Positions 18,573-27,646 of a DNA stretch of 32,000 nucleotides are shown one piece after another. The stretch comes from Trichodesmium erythraeum IMS101. Lineage in GTDB: Bacteria > Cyanobacteriota > Cyanobacteriia > Cyanobacteriales > Microcoleaceae. The notes under the pieces are model-generated. The model ran no database searches. It had not been told where the DNA came from and worked only from the letters and a program-made list of their open reading frames with translations. Where the stretch lies: the NCBI RefSeq assembly GCF_000014265.1, contig NC_008312.1, positions 3,810,001-3,842,000 on the forward strand. Direction: 5' to 3'. How positions within the stretch are numbered: the stretch's first letter is position 1; each line of letters opens with the position of its first letter. Both the position numbers and the translations under genes were made by a program.

Positions 18573-20141
18573 ATGAGTGTAACTCAATCAACAAATCCAT
18601 TAAGGTTTTTAGGATTTTCCACAGACAATAATGTTGATGTTACGAACTATGTTGGTAATTCCCAAGAACCCTATTCCTGGTGGGCAGGTAATTTTCGCTT
18701 TGTTGACCTATCTGGGAAATTATTAGGCGCTCACATTGCCCATGCCGGCTTAATTGTACTCTGGGCCGGTGCTATGACTCTATTTGAGTTATCCAGATTC
18801 GACCCTAGTTTACCTATGTACAACCAGGGGCTAATTTTGCTTCCCCACATGGCTACTCTGGGTTTAGGAGTTGGAGCAAATGGGGAAATTATCGATACCT
18901 ATCCTTATTTTGCTATTGGTGTTGTTCACCTAGTTAGTTCAGCAATTTTAGGAGCTGGTGGGATTTACCATGCCGTACTTGGACCTGAGAAACTCGACGA
19001 AAAAGGATTTGGCTATCAGTGGAATGATGGTAACAAAATGACTACTATTCTTGGCATTCATCTAGTACTACTAGGGATTGGAGCATTGATGCTGGTAGTC
19101 AAAGCCGTTTATGGTAGTGGTTTGTACGATCCGGCGATCGCCAATGTACGAGTGATTACTGAACCAACTCTGAATCCACAAACTATCTTCGGGTACCTGG
19201 TAGGTATCACTCCTGATGGCTGGACATTGAAGGGAATGGCTGCAGTCAATTCTTTAGAAGATGTAGTAGGCGGTCATATATGGATTGGCGTCATCTGCAT
19301 TTTAGGAGGTTTGTGGCATATTAATACTGCCCCTACTAAATGGGCTAAAGGGTTATTTGTTTGGTCCGGAGAAGCATATCTTGCCTACAGTCAGGCAGCT
19401 CTAGCTTACATGGGCTTTTTCGCAGCTTACTTTGTCTGGGTAAATGATACAGTTTATCCCTCAGTATTTTATGGTCCTGTGGGAGTGACTAACGTTGATG
19501 GAACTATTACTCCTCGTACCTGGTTAATGTTGTTCCAACTTATTTTTGCCTGTCTGCTACTGGCGGGTCACTTTTGGCATGGCCTCAGATCCAGAGCGAT
19601 CGCTAGTGGATTTGTCTTCAGTAGTCTGAAATTCAATCCCGGTGCTCTCTATGGAGACGCTCAATTCAATAACGAATCCCTAGTTACAGGTATTGTGCAG
19701 CCGTACCAAAACAACCCCCAGTTGGGTAACCTGGCAACCCCAATTAACTCCAGTCAGCTAACTCTAACTTGGGTCAGAAACTTGCCAATTTATCGCAATG
19801 GTTTATCTCCCATTGCACGAGGGTTAGAAATTGGCATGGCTCATGGATACCTGTTATTAGGACCGTTCTTGAAACTCGGACCATTGCGCAATACTGACCA
19901 AGCTCTTTTAGCTGGAGGTGGTAGTGCATCAGGATTAGTAGTAATTTTAAGTATCTGTCTGTTCGTTTATGGGATGGCAGTGTTTCAAGGTTCAAGTAAG
20001 CCAGTGGGTGTTTTACCAGAAAACCTACAAACTTATGGGCATTGGAGCATGTTTACATCTGGTTTCTTGATAGGCGGAATAGGTGGTGTAATTTTTGCCT
20101 GCTTTATTCTGTTAGAAATTGGCCGAGCAGGAATTGTTTGA
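18573..20141 (+). CDS. IsiA/Pcb-type chlorophyll-binding protein fused to a C-terminal PsaL-like domain
   Basis: aa 35-345 are CP43/IsiA-like. aa 374-522 align with PSI subunit PsaL ([57 protein letters not shown]...[22 protein letters not shown]). The ATG lies 2 nt after the stop of copy 2, which indicates an operon. Confidence 0.93.
   Translation: MSVTQSTNPLRFLGFSTDNNVDVTNYVGNSQEPYSWWAGNFRFVDLSGKLLGAHIAHAGLIVLWAGAMTLFELSRFDPSLPMYNQGLILLPHMATLGLGVGANGEIIDTYPYFAIGVVHLVSSAILGAGGIYHAVLGPEKLDEKGFGYQWNDGNKMTTILGIHLVLLGIGALMLVVKAVYGSGLYDPAIANVRVITEPTLNPQTIFGYLVGITPDGWTLKGMAAVNSLEDVVGGHIWIGVICILGGLWHINTAPTKWAKGLFVWSGEAYLAYSQAALAYMGFFAAYFVWVNDTVYPSVFYGPVGVTNVDGTITPRTWLMLFQLIFACLLLAGHFWHGLRSRAIASGFVFSSLKFNPGALYGDAQFNNESLVTGIVQPYQNNPQLGNLATPINSSQLTLTWVRNLPIYRNGLSPIARGLEIGMAHGYLLLGPFLKLGPLRNTDQALLAGGGSASGLVVILSICLFVYGMAVFQGSSKPVGVLPENLQTYGHWSMFTSGFLIGGIGGVIFACFILLEIGRAGIV
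19692..20138 (+). other. PsaL-like domain of the fusion protein
   Basis: The PsaL signature motifs listed above, with three predicted helices. A linker of about 30 aa ([25 protein letters not shown]) separates it from helix VI of the CP43-like part. Confidence 0.88.
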
Positions 20142-21433
20142 GCAAAGAAAACATCAGCTAGAAGACAGGAAGCAGTAAGGGTTTATCCTGACACCGGAGG
20201 TACAATATCCTGACGAGCAAACATAGCAGGGTTTGAAATGAAATTTCCCCAAGCTCACTCCACTTCAGTGGCTCCCGTTCAGGAGGGCTCACCTTCTGCG
20301 TTTTGTCTCTTATCTCCCGCCTTTTCAATATATTTCTAAGAGTTCCTATGAGGTATGATATTAAATCTGGGTAGAAAAGCAAGCTTGTCACATCGCCTAA
20401 TTCCTTATTTAGTAACAGTTGTAACTTTAAAAAATACCTTCTCACACTAGACGGGTTTGGTATGAATTGTATCTATACTACCGGAATTGATATTATTTCT
20501 GATATCAAATCCCTTGAGTTTAGAGTAGTATAATTTCTTTGCTACTCATACAATGTGTATAGACAAATTGCTATTTAACCCCCCTCTACGATAAAATATG
20601 GACTCTTTTCTTTAATAGAGTTGTTTGGTGTTGGAAAAATTAAAATCCTGAAAAGCTTACTATATAAGTTTTTCAGGATTTTTTTATCAAAAATACCCTT
20701 AAACTTGGACCTGTTTTGGGTTTTAGCCATGTTTTTAATTCCCAACAACTCTATTATATGCCGACCAATTGCTAAGACGGTACTTGGAGTTATATTTGGA
20801 ATTGGACTGACTCATCTCTAATTTTGTGTAGGCTACCTAGCTACTTTATGGTGTCATTAGCTACAAGTTTCATTCACCAGTTCCTGTTAACATTAGTTTG
20901 TTATCAAAATTATCCTTAGCAAATAAAGGACTAAATGTTGAAATGCGAAATGTGTGTTCATTCGTCGGAGATAAACAAACAACTCTGTGTTAAGAAAGGT
21001 CAAAAGAAAGCTAATTTTTCTGTTACAAGTCTTTTCGCAATACTTATAAAACTTTATATATACCCAATTAGTTTTGGTATAAGATAAGTATTAGGACTTC
21101 TTGCTTTAATATTTAATCACATTAAAATCCTTGCAAAAGTGAAGGGTTAACAGTTATTAAAGATCCTGGGGAGCGCTGAAATGGTGTCAACTAGTTTCAA
21201 AACGAGAATTACTGAAAAGAAAGTAAATTTTTATCTAAATGTCTGCAGAAGACCCGTGCTCTCCCGTACGGAAGTTTCCGGATAAATACCAATCAATCTT
21301 GCGGTTTGAAAAATATCTGTTATGGTGTAAACATTGAAAATTAGGCAGCAAATGAATGTTGCTCTAATTGTAGTCATATAATAATAAAATTACCTTTAAA
21401 TATTAGAAAGTGGAATTGCCTTGAATATCGTAA

Positions 21434-21661
21434 TTACCATGACAGGGATATAAACCCAAGTATAAACATTTTGGCTGCAGGACTCGCAGTGTCAGTCTGG
21501 GTCGCGGTCTTTATCCCCGAAGAGAAAAAATCTTTGAAGGCGGGTGCTATGAAGCAGAAAACCCCTAACAGCAATAAAACGGGAATCCCTCGCTGTCTAA
21601 AATATAGCAGCGTCGGGAGGATGTCAACTGATGGCAGTATAAATAATAAGCCACTAGCCAA
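21434..21661 (-). CDS. Possible small two-helix membrane protein (hypothetical)
   Basis: The 75-aa ORF has two hydrophobic stretches (LLFILPSVDILPTLLY and IPVLLLLGVFCFIAPAF). GC content is locally higher than in the flanking AT-rich spacer. An overlapping plus-strand ORF (21471-21677) makes the strand call uncertain. Confidence 0.25.
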   Translation of the reverse strand: MASGLLFILPSVDILPTLLYFRQRGIPVLLLLGVFCFIAPAFKDFFSSGIKTATQTDTASPAAKMFILGFISLSW

Positions 21662-21729
21662 AATTGAGCAGTTTTAGTTTTCATTTTTCGCTAACATTAA
21701 GTTATTTTCCAACAACTCTACTAACTAAA

Positions 21730-22440
21730 ATGACAATTCCTTTACTTTACTATCCACTCTCTAGTCAAAATCATCGGGTTCAAGGATTTGAGGTTCCAGG
21801 AGATGAACATCCCAGACAGCAAACTCTGGACAAGCTACCAACTGGTACAGAGATAGATGAAATCATCGGGGCAGCCTATCGGCAAATTTTCAACGAGCAG
21901 CAAACAATTACAGCTCATCAACAGCTTTATTTAGAGTCTCAACTTCGCAATGGTCAGATTACAATTAAGGATTTCATGCGAGGTTTACTGCTTTCAGACT
22001 CATTCCGGCGACTGATTTATGATACTAATAGTAACTATCGTTGTGTTGAACTATGTATTCAAAGAGTTTTAGGACGTCCCGTCTATAACAATAAAGAGAA
22101 ACTTAGTTGGTCTATTATATTGGCAACGAAAGGACTCCAAGGTTTTGTTAATGCCTTGTTAGACAGCGAAGAATATGAAAAACACTTTGGCTATAATTGT
22201 GTTCCTTACCAACGTCGGCGGATTTTGCCCCAGCGCATTAAAGGGGAGTTACCCTTTGCTCGGATGGCTCGTTATGATAGTAATTATCTCAAACAGTTAT
22301 ATCGAACAGGGCAACTACGGAAGTTTAGTGAAGTAGTTGATGAAAGTGTTTATGTTTATCGCAAAGCCCTCATCTTTTTGTCTATATTATCTTTAGCAGT
22401 CTTATCTATTACTCTGGTTTTAGTTTTTTCAGCTAAATAA
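21730..22440 (+). CDS. cpcL: Phycobilisome rod(-core) linker of the CpcG/CpcL type with a C-terminal hydrophobic anchor
   Basis: MTIPLLYYPLSSQNHRVQGFEV matches the CpcG N-terminus. PBS-linker domain motifs are AAYRQIF, ESQLRNGQITIKDFMRGLLLSDSFRR, NSNYRCVELCIQRVLGRP, ATKGLQGFVNALLDSEEY and GYNCVPYQRRR. The last roughly 24 aa (ALIFLSILSLAVLSITLVLVFSAK) form a transmembrane helix, as in CpcG2/CpcL. Start moved to the ATG at 21730 (Met23 of the track ORF). Confidence 0.85.
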   Translation: MTIPLLYYPLSSQNHRVQGFEVPGDEHPRQQTLDKLPTGTEIDEIIGAAYRQIFNEQQTITAHQQLYLESQLRNGQITIKDFMRGLLLSDSFRRLIYDTNSNYRCVELCIQRVLGRPVYNNKEKLSWSIILATKGLQGFVNALLDSEEYEKHFGYNCVPYQRRRILPQRIKGELPFARMARYDSNYLKQLYRTGQLRKFSEVVDESVYVYRKALIFLSILSLAVLSITLVLVFSAK

Positions 22441-22450
22441 TATCAACATG

Positions 22451-22532
22451 ACTTACCCATTGGCATATCCTGACCGTGAGGGCGAATGCCATAAAGCCCC
22501 TACGGTTGAAGCTAGGTCAAGCATGGGTAAGT
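22451..22532. repeat. Nested inverted repeat (structured element) between the cpcL stop and the TnpB relic
   Basis: The outer 10-bp arms are acttacccat (22451-22460) and atgggtaagt (22523-22532). The inner imperfect arms are ccgtgagggc and gcccctacgg. Confidence 0.6.
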
Positions 22533-22639
22533 TTTAATAAATTTCCCTATTATAGAAAAGGAATTAGAGCAATGAATGCAAGGATGTGTCAACCGTACGA
22601 AAAAAACTGTAGAAAATCGTAACAGCTTTTATCAAGATA

Positions 22640-23267
22640 ATTGGATTAACCTATACAGGCTCTACCGCACAGCTAACTATTCCCTCGGCAGTAAATGCCT
22701 CTGGGAATTTCTTGTCTTAAATTTGAAGACTGCCATTGATATCGGCATTAATGACTATACCAGTTGCACTCCTGAATAAACCACGTTTGATTTATTTACC
22801 CCCATAAGTTTCATGTTTAATTGGTAGCTCTTGCTCAAGTGCAGAAGTTTGACTGGTGTAACAATATCCGTTTCAATGACTTTGAGCCCAGCTAGTTGAC
22901 ATTTATAAGTTATCTGTTGAATTAGCTTATAGTGAGGTATTTGGGTAAAGTTTTGATGTTTTTTTTGACCGATGTTTGCACCTTGTTTCTAATTATCATT
23001 TTTGCCTATGACTACAGTACCAATATTATTTGTGGTTAAAGACTCAACGACTAAGGAATTGGTATTATGCAGATAATTCTCCACAAAACGATTTCGGTAA
23101 TAGGTTAACGCTTCAAGCTTACGGCTAGTTTTTTTTCTGGCCTTTGAGCTTTGGTACTTAGCTTTACGCTTTTTATATAAGAAGCGCCTTTTTTTCTCCC
23201 AGGGCTGCTTCTCAAATAGGTTGTAAGGGATAAACCCAGTAATGTGACTGGCTACGGTCGATATCAA
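22640..23267 (-). pseudogene. tnpB: TnpB (IS200/IS605 family, IS891/IS1341-type) relic, C-terminal two thirds
   Basis: Translation reads SRKLEALTYYRNRFVENYLHNTNSLVVESLTTNNIGTVVIGKNDN*KQGANIGQKKHQNFTQIPHYKLIQQITYKCQLAGLKVIET. After a frameshift it continues YTSQTSALEQELPIKHETYGGK*IKRGLFRSATGIVINADINGSLQI*DKKFPEAFTAEGI. There are several in-frame stops, and the N-terminal third is missing. Confidence 0.7.
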
Positions 23268-23436
23268 ACAAGATACCAGCTAAATCAAAAGCCGGGTAAC
23301 ACTTAAAGTAGAAAAGAATGTAGAACAATTTCTCTTGATTGTTGCGTAAACGAGCCAACAGGCCTCCTCTAACAGAGCGTTGACAAGGTTTTAAGTGCAA
23401 TGTTTGCTTATACATTTGATCAAAGGACTCCAACAA
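23212..23436 (-). pseudogene. IS5/Harbinger-like transposase N-terminal (HTH) fragment
   Basis: RGGLLARLRNNQEKLFYILFYFKCYPAFDLAGILFDIDRSQSHYWVY resembles the HTH_Tnp_4-type N-terminus (GRPxxL...LLFILxYLKxYPTFDxLAxxFGxxRSQAxxW). No DDE domain follows. It abuts the TnpB relic. Confidence 0.45.
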
Positions 23437-23996
23437 AAATTCAAATGCTTTACGGTTTAATCAGTGTTAATGCTCTGGGTAACCTATCTTGTTTTAAGGC
23501 TCGTTCAATATTTAGCATTTTTATGGCTAATTTATTCTTGAATGATTTTACCTGATTTCCCAACAACTCTAATATAAATGGGAGCCAAAAGTACCAGGTC
23601 GCCCCAATGAGAGACACTTAACATTAAGAATTACTTCCGATACTCTCTCTGGAGTAAAACAACTTACCAACTGGCAAGATCAGGCATGAGCCAAGTTAAA
23701 GGAATTGTTAGAAGAGAAAAGCGCGATCATCACTTCCACAGAAACATATCCATTAGGTGGCGGGGCAGTTACTGAAGCTAATTGTTAGAGGGGTACTCAT
23801 ACTATAAGTATTCTTTTTGTGTAGCAGCTGCTCCTAATGTTTCTACAGATCTATCCTTGGATCAGAAATATAGAAATTGATGGATCGATGGATCAGAATC
23901 TGTGGATCATGTACGATAAGGCTGAAAATCAGCTAGGGTTTCCCAACTATGGGTTTGTTTCTTAGAGAGCGATCGCTATTAAAAATCAAATCTATA

Positions 23997-24230
23997 TCAC
24001 GATGCCTGAATGCTTGAGTTATGCAATACTTCTTTACTAATGTTCACATTGCCGTTTGACTGCCCTCCCCAAACTTCCTTCAAAGAATTGGTTTTGAATG
24101 ATTCTCCGACAACCCTCACTGTTGGAGAATTTGTTCTACAAACAATCACGGCACACTTCTTAATGAGATTCTCAGCCCAAGTATTATAGCCAATAACCAA
24201 CAAATTACTGGCAATAAAATATTGATGCAA
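23997..24230 (-). pseudogene. Fragment of the 160-aa paralog family (copy C)
   Basis: HQYFIASNLLVIGYNTWAENLIKKCAVIVCRTNSPTVRVVGESFKT aligns with aa 11-56 of the 27039-27518 protein. The shared region is about 24080-24225, after which similarity is lost. Confidence 0.7.
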
Positions 24231-24376
24231 ATTAGAGAGCTACTGGATTTAAGTGCCAGTCCATTGCTGATAGATTGTTGGGAAGATGGCTCTTTCTCGG
24301 TAGATTTATAGGGTAGGTAAGCCTATGGAGGAAAATTCTCAATTCTTTCATTATATCTTGCCCACCCTACGCAGCC

Positions 24377-25534
24377 TCATCGTGAGTGATGAAAGCGTAG
24401 ATTATCTCTACTCAATTGATCCAGCTTGGTCACTCCCATCAATTTCATATCACGCTCAATTTCAGTGCGCATATTACCTAAAACACGCTCAACTCCTGCC
24501 CTCCCAGCAGCAGCCAATGCATAAAGATATAATCGCCCACCTGAACATGCTTTAGCTCCAACAGATAGAGCCTTGAGCACATGCGTACCGCGCTGAATAC
24601 CACCTTCGCAAATGACATCAATTTTATCCCCAACAGCATCACAAATTTCTGCGAGTTGATCGAAGGGGCTACGGGAACCATCAAGCTGACGGCCACCGTG
24701 GTTAGAAACTATAATACCCGTACAACCAATATCAATAGCACGCTTGGCATCTTCCACACTCATTATCCCTTTCAGTGCAAACTGCCCGTTCCACTGTGCG
24801 CAGAGTTTTTCAGCATCATTCCAATTCATGGATTGATCTAGCATCGTTGAAAAATAATCACCAACAGAGACTGCTAAATTCGTTCCCTGGGAGACATACC
24901 CAGACAAATGCGGCATATCGAACTTTTCTTTTGTCAAAAAGTTCCAAGCCCATGCAGGGTGAGTCGCAAAACTCATAAAGGAGCCTAGTGTTAATTTTGG
25001 TGGTGAGGTAAATCCTGTACGTAAATCACGTTCGCGATTACCACCAGTAATCGTATCGACGGTTAATGCCAACACATTAAAGTTCGCAGCTCGTGCACGT
25101 TCAAGCAACGCATCATTTAAGCCGCGGTCTTTATGGAAGTAGAACTGAAACATCTTTGGAGTGTTTGTAATCTCTGCGATCTCTTCAACAGTTACTGTCG
25201 CCAGTGAAGACACTCCAAACATTGTGCCATATTTTGCAGCAGCTCTCGCAACCGCACGCTCTCCTTCGTGATGAAAAAGGCGTTGCAATGCTGTCGGAGC
25301 ACAGTAGATAGGCATGTCTAGTTTTTGCCCCATCACTTCAACTGACATATCCACATTCTCCACACCGACAAGCACGTTCGGAATAAGATCGCATTCTCCA
25401 TAGGCTTCAGTGTTACGCCGATAGCTCTGTTCATCATCGGCAGCTCCATCAATGTAATCAAAAATTGGTCCTGGTAATCTGCGTTTTGCTAATTTTCGGA
25501 AATCCTGAAAATTGTGACAGTCATTCAATTTCAT
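24377..25534 (-). CDS. lldD: FMN-dependent alpha-hydroxy-acid dehydrogenase/oxidase (L-lactate dehydrogenase / glycolate oxidase family)
   Basis: 385 aa with family motifs: PIYCAPTA, the FMN-binding barrel, and the active-site stretch IIVSNHGGRQLDGSRSP. The substrate (lactate vs glycolate) cannot be decided from sequence alone. Confidence 0.9.
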   Translation of the reverse strand: MKLNDCHNFQDFRKLAKRRLPGPIFDYIDGAADDEQSYRRNTEAYGECDLIPNVLVGVENVDMSVEVMGQKLDMPIYCAPTALQRLFHHEGERAVARAAAKYGTMFGVSSLATVTVEEIAEITNTPKMFQFYFHKDRGLNDALLERARAANFNVLALTVDTITGGNRERDLRTGFTSPPKLTLGSFMSFATHPAWAWNFLTKEKFDMPHLSGYVSQGTNLAVSVGDYFSTMLDQSMNWNDAEKLCAQWNGQFALKGIMSVEDAKRAIDIGCTGIIVSNHGGRQLDGSRSPFDQLAEICDAVGDKIDVICEGGIQRGTHVLKALSVGAKACSGGRLYLYALAAAGRAGVERVLGNMRTEIERDMKLMGVTKLDQLSRDNLRFHHSR

Positions 25535-25658
25535 AAAATACCTCAGTGAGATTTATGTTTACTAAGCAGTTCATACTATTCCATTTTGAGAAATATTCAA
25601 CCTTCATCGCCAGTCTCTAGAGAATGAACTGTTCCAAAATCACCAGTTTATTCAGAAC

Positions 25659-26126
25659 TCAGTTCTGACAGGTTATTGGAAGTTGTTCGTCTTGCCAAGT
25701 ACTAACTCCTAGCTGGAATTCATCCCAGGTTTTATGTACTTGCTCGTAGCATTGAGATGGTGTAATGGGTAGGTTTTTCAAGTAAAAGAACATTGCTCCA
25801 TAGAAAGACTCCAGCAACAATAAAATCTCTGTTGTTGGATAATAATTATCGACAGCTTCCAAGATGTAAGCAATCATAATCATGGGGCAAAATTGCAGTG
25901 TCAGGAGCCGCTAACCAGGCATTCAGGAATGGCAAAGGCGAGAACGTCTGACAAAATGGATTTTAAATGATTCTCTGCCAACTCCCACTGTTGTATAATT
26001 TGTGCTACAAACTATTGCGCTCTGCTTTTGACTGAGATAACTAGCCCAAGCATTATAGCCAATGACTAGCAAATTACTGGCAATAAAATCTTGATGCAAA
26101 TTCGATCTATCGTTTATTTCACTCAT
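25659..26126 (-). pseudogene. Frameshifted copy of the 160-aa paralog family (copy B)
   Basis: ORFs 25923-26126 and 25659-25883 together cover the full length of copy A (MSEINDRSNLHQDFIASNLLVIGYNAWA... and ...AYILEAVDNYYPTTEILLLLESFYGAMFFYLKNLPITPSQCYEQVHKTWDEFQLGVS). They lie in different frames, with a stop after RRSRLCHS. Confidence 0.8.
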
Positions 26127-26240
26127 TAGAGACCTCTATAGCTGAAAAAAAAAGTAGCGATCGCCCTGTTAATAATGCACTATATGTTATATATAGTGCA
26201 TTTGCGTAATTCCTATAGGTGTTAAAGGATTGAAGTAAAT

Positions 26241-26726
26241 TTACAATTGTGTTGGGTTGGGAGCATTACCATACACTGTTTTCGGGTCAAAAGTTTTCTC
26301 CGTTTCGGTAAAAGTTAACTGAATTGGTTCTTGGGAATCAATAGCACTTTTTCCCGTAGGAATACAGCGATAAAAACAAGAACGATAACCCACGTGACAA
26401 CTAGCTCCCGAACCAGCTACTTCAACCTGCATCCACAGACAATCTTGGTCGTCATCAATAGCTAACTGCTGTACTTTTTGCACCAGTCCACTAGATTGAC
26501 CTTTATGCCATAGTTGCTGACGACTGCGACTGTAATAGTGACCTTCTCCCGTTTCAATGGTTTTAACTAAAGCCTCTTCGTTCATATAAGCGTGCATCAG
26601 CACTTCACCCGTGTTGGCATCGGTGGTAACGACTGGAATCAAACCATTGCAGTCAAATTTGGGAGCAAGGAGCAAACCTTCTTCTACTTGTTCTACTGAA
26701 TTTCTGGTACTAAATAGGGGATTCAT
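26241..26726 (-). CDS. hisI: Phosphoribosyl-AMP cyclohydrolase (stand-alone HisI domain)
   Basis: The core LIPVVTTD...[81 protein letters not shown] matches HisI. There is no HisE (pyrophosphohydrolase) domain, and the protein has a C-terminal tail of about 35 aa. Confidence 0.88.
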   Translation of the reverse strand: MNPLFSTRNSVEQVEEGLLLAPKFDCNGLIPVVTTDANTGEVLMHAYMNEEALVKTIETGEGHYYSRSRQQLWHKGQSSGLVQKVQQLAIDDDQDCLWMQVEVAGSGASCHVGYRSCFYRCIPTGKSAIDSQEPIQLTFTETEKTFDPKTVYGNAPNPTQL

Positions 26727-27038
26727 ATTAGCTCAACTTTTCAATTTTAATAATCATTATCCTGTGAAGTATCCCAACTAATTGTAAAGCAATATAGTTA
26801 GACGGTCATAGATCGCTCAAATCATTCTGAGAACACCTTAAAAGGTACGACCTTGGCTTCCTACCCTGAAAAACTACTGCTCCTGATACAGGATATTTCA
26901 GGATATTTCAATCATCTGCTTATGCGTAGATTTGGACACTTCCTACCCTACTATATCCGTCGGAAAATTGTAGCAGACTTTCACAAGCATTGATATCTCT
27001 GTCTTAATTTACTTGAGTTGGAACAAATAATAGTGACA

Positions 27039-27518
27039 CTAACTAATGTGCTTGAGATCGATCTTTGGAAGGTGTTCATCTTGCAAATTACTAACTCCTA
27101 GCTGGAATTCATCCCAGGTTTTACGGACTTGCTCGTAGCATTGAGGTGGTGTTATGGGTAGATTTTTCAAGTAAAAGAACATTGCTCCATCGAAAGACTC
27201 CAGCAACAATACAACCTCTTTTGTTGGATAATAATTATCGACAACTTCCAAGATGTGAGCAATCATAAAATCATGGGGCAAAATTGCCGTGTCAGGAGCT
27301 GCTAACCAAGCATTCAGGAAAGGCGTAAGGCGAGAACGTCCGACAAAATGGGTTTTGAATGATTCTCCGCCAACCCCTACTGTTGGAGAATTTGTGCTAC
27401 AAACTATCGCGCCGCGCTTATGACTAAGATGACCAGCCCAAGCATTATAGCCAATAACCAGCAAATTACTGGCAATAAAATCTTGGTGCCAATTCGATCT
27501 ATCATTTATTTCACTCAT
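27039..27518 (-). CDS. Conserved hypothetical protein (intact copy A of a locally triplicated family)
   Basis: Intact 159-aa ORF. Two degraded paralogs lie at 25659-26126 and 23997-24230, with roughly 85-90 percent DNA identity in the stretches I compared by eye. I do not recognise the family. Confidence 0.7.
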   Translation of the reverse strand: MSEINDRSNWHQDFIASNLLVIGYNAWAGHLSHKRGAIVCSTNSPTVGVGGESFKTHFVGRSRLTPFLNAWLAAPDTAILPHDFMIAHILEVVDNYYPTKEVVLLLESFDGAMFFYLKNLPITPPQCYEQVRKTWDEFQLGVSNLQDEHLPKIDLKHIS

Positions 27519-27593
27519 TAGAGACCTCTATTTTGAAAGCAAATCCAGTTGAAGCTTAGGCTACAATAGCTATGCTGATGCCTAGCAATTATC

Positions 27594-27630
27594 AAGAAAA
27601 ATTAGAGGCCGCCTAGATAGGGCGACCCCA
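27594..27630 (-). terminator. Candidate intrinsic terminator of metH
   Basis: On the minus strand, ggtcgcc-ctatcta-ggcggcc forms a 7-bp GC-rich stem with one G:U pair, followed by tctaattttt. It starts about 20 nt after the metH stop. Confidence 0.5.
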
Positions 27631-27646
27631 TTCCCAATTGATCTAA

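Noticed and set aside
20210-20245. Hammerhead-ribozyme-like string CUGACGAG ... GUUUGAAA
   Set aside because: Stem II cannot be closed with the required pairs next to the CUGANGA and GAAA cores (caaac/gtttg is out of register). I could not find matching stems I and III or a cleavage-site context, so this is most likely chance.
20158-20821. ORFs 20158-20445 (-) and 20621-20821 (+) in the spacer after the IsiA-PsaL gene
   Set aside because: Their sequences are low-complexity and AT-codon-biased (L/I/K/F-rich), with no recognisable motifs or ribosome-binding context. I treat them as non-coding spacer, which could still be transcribed.
22576-22779. 67-aa plus-strand ORF
   Set aside because: It is antisense to the C-terminal part of the TnpB relic. 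The TnpB similarity on the minus strand explains the region.
23580-23790. Possible ribbon-helix-helix-like fragment (VPGRPNERHLTLRITSDTLSGVKQLTNWQDQA*AKLKELLEEKS) on the plus strand
   Set aside because: It shows only a vague resemblance to small RHH or CopG-type proteins, has an in-frame stop and no start codon. It is too weak to call and at best another relic.
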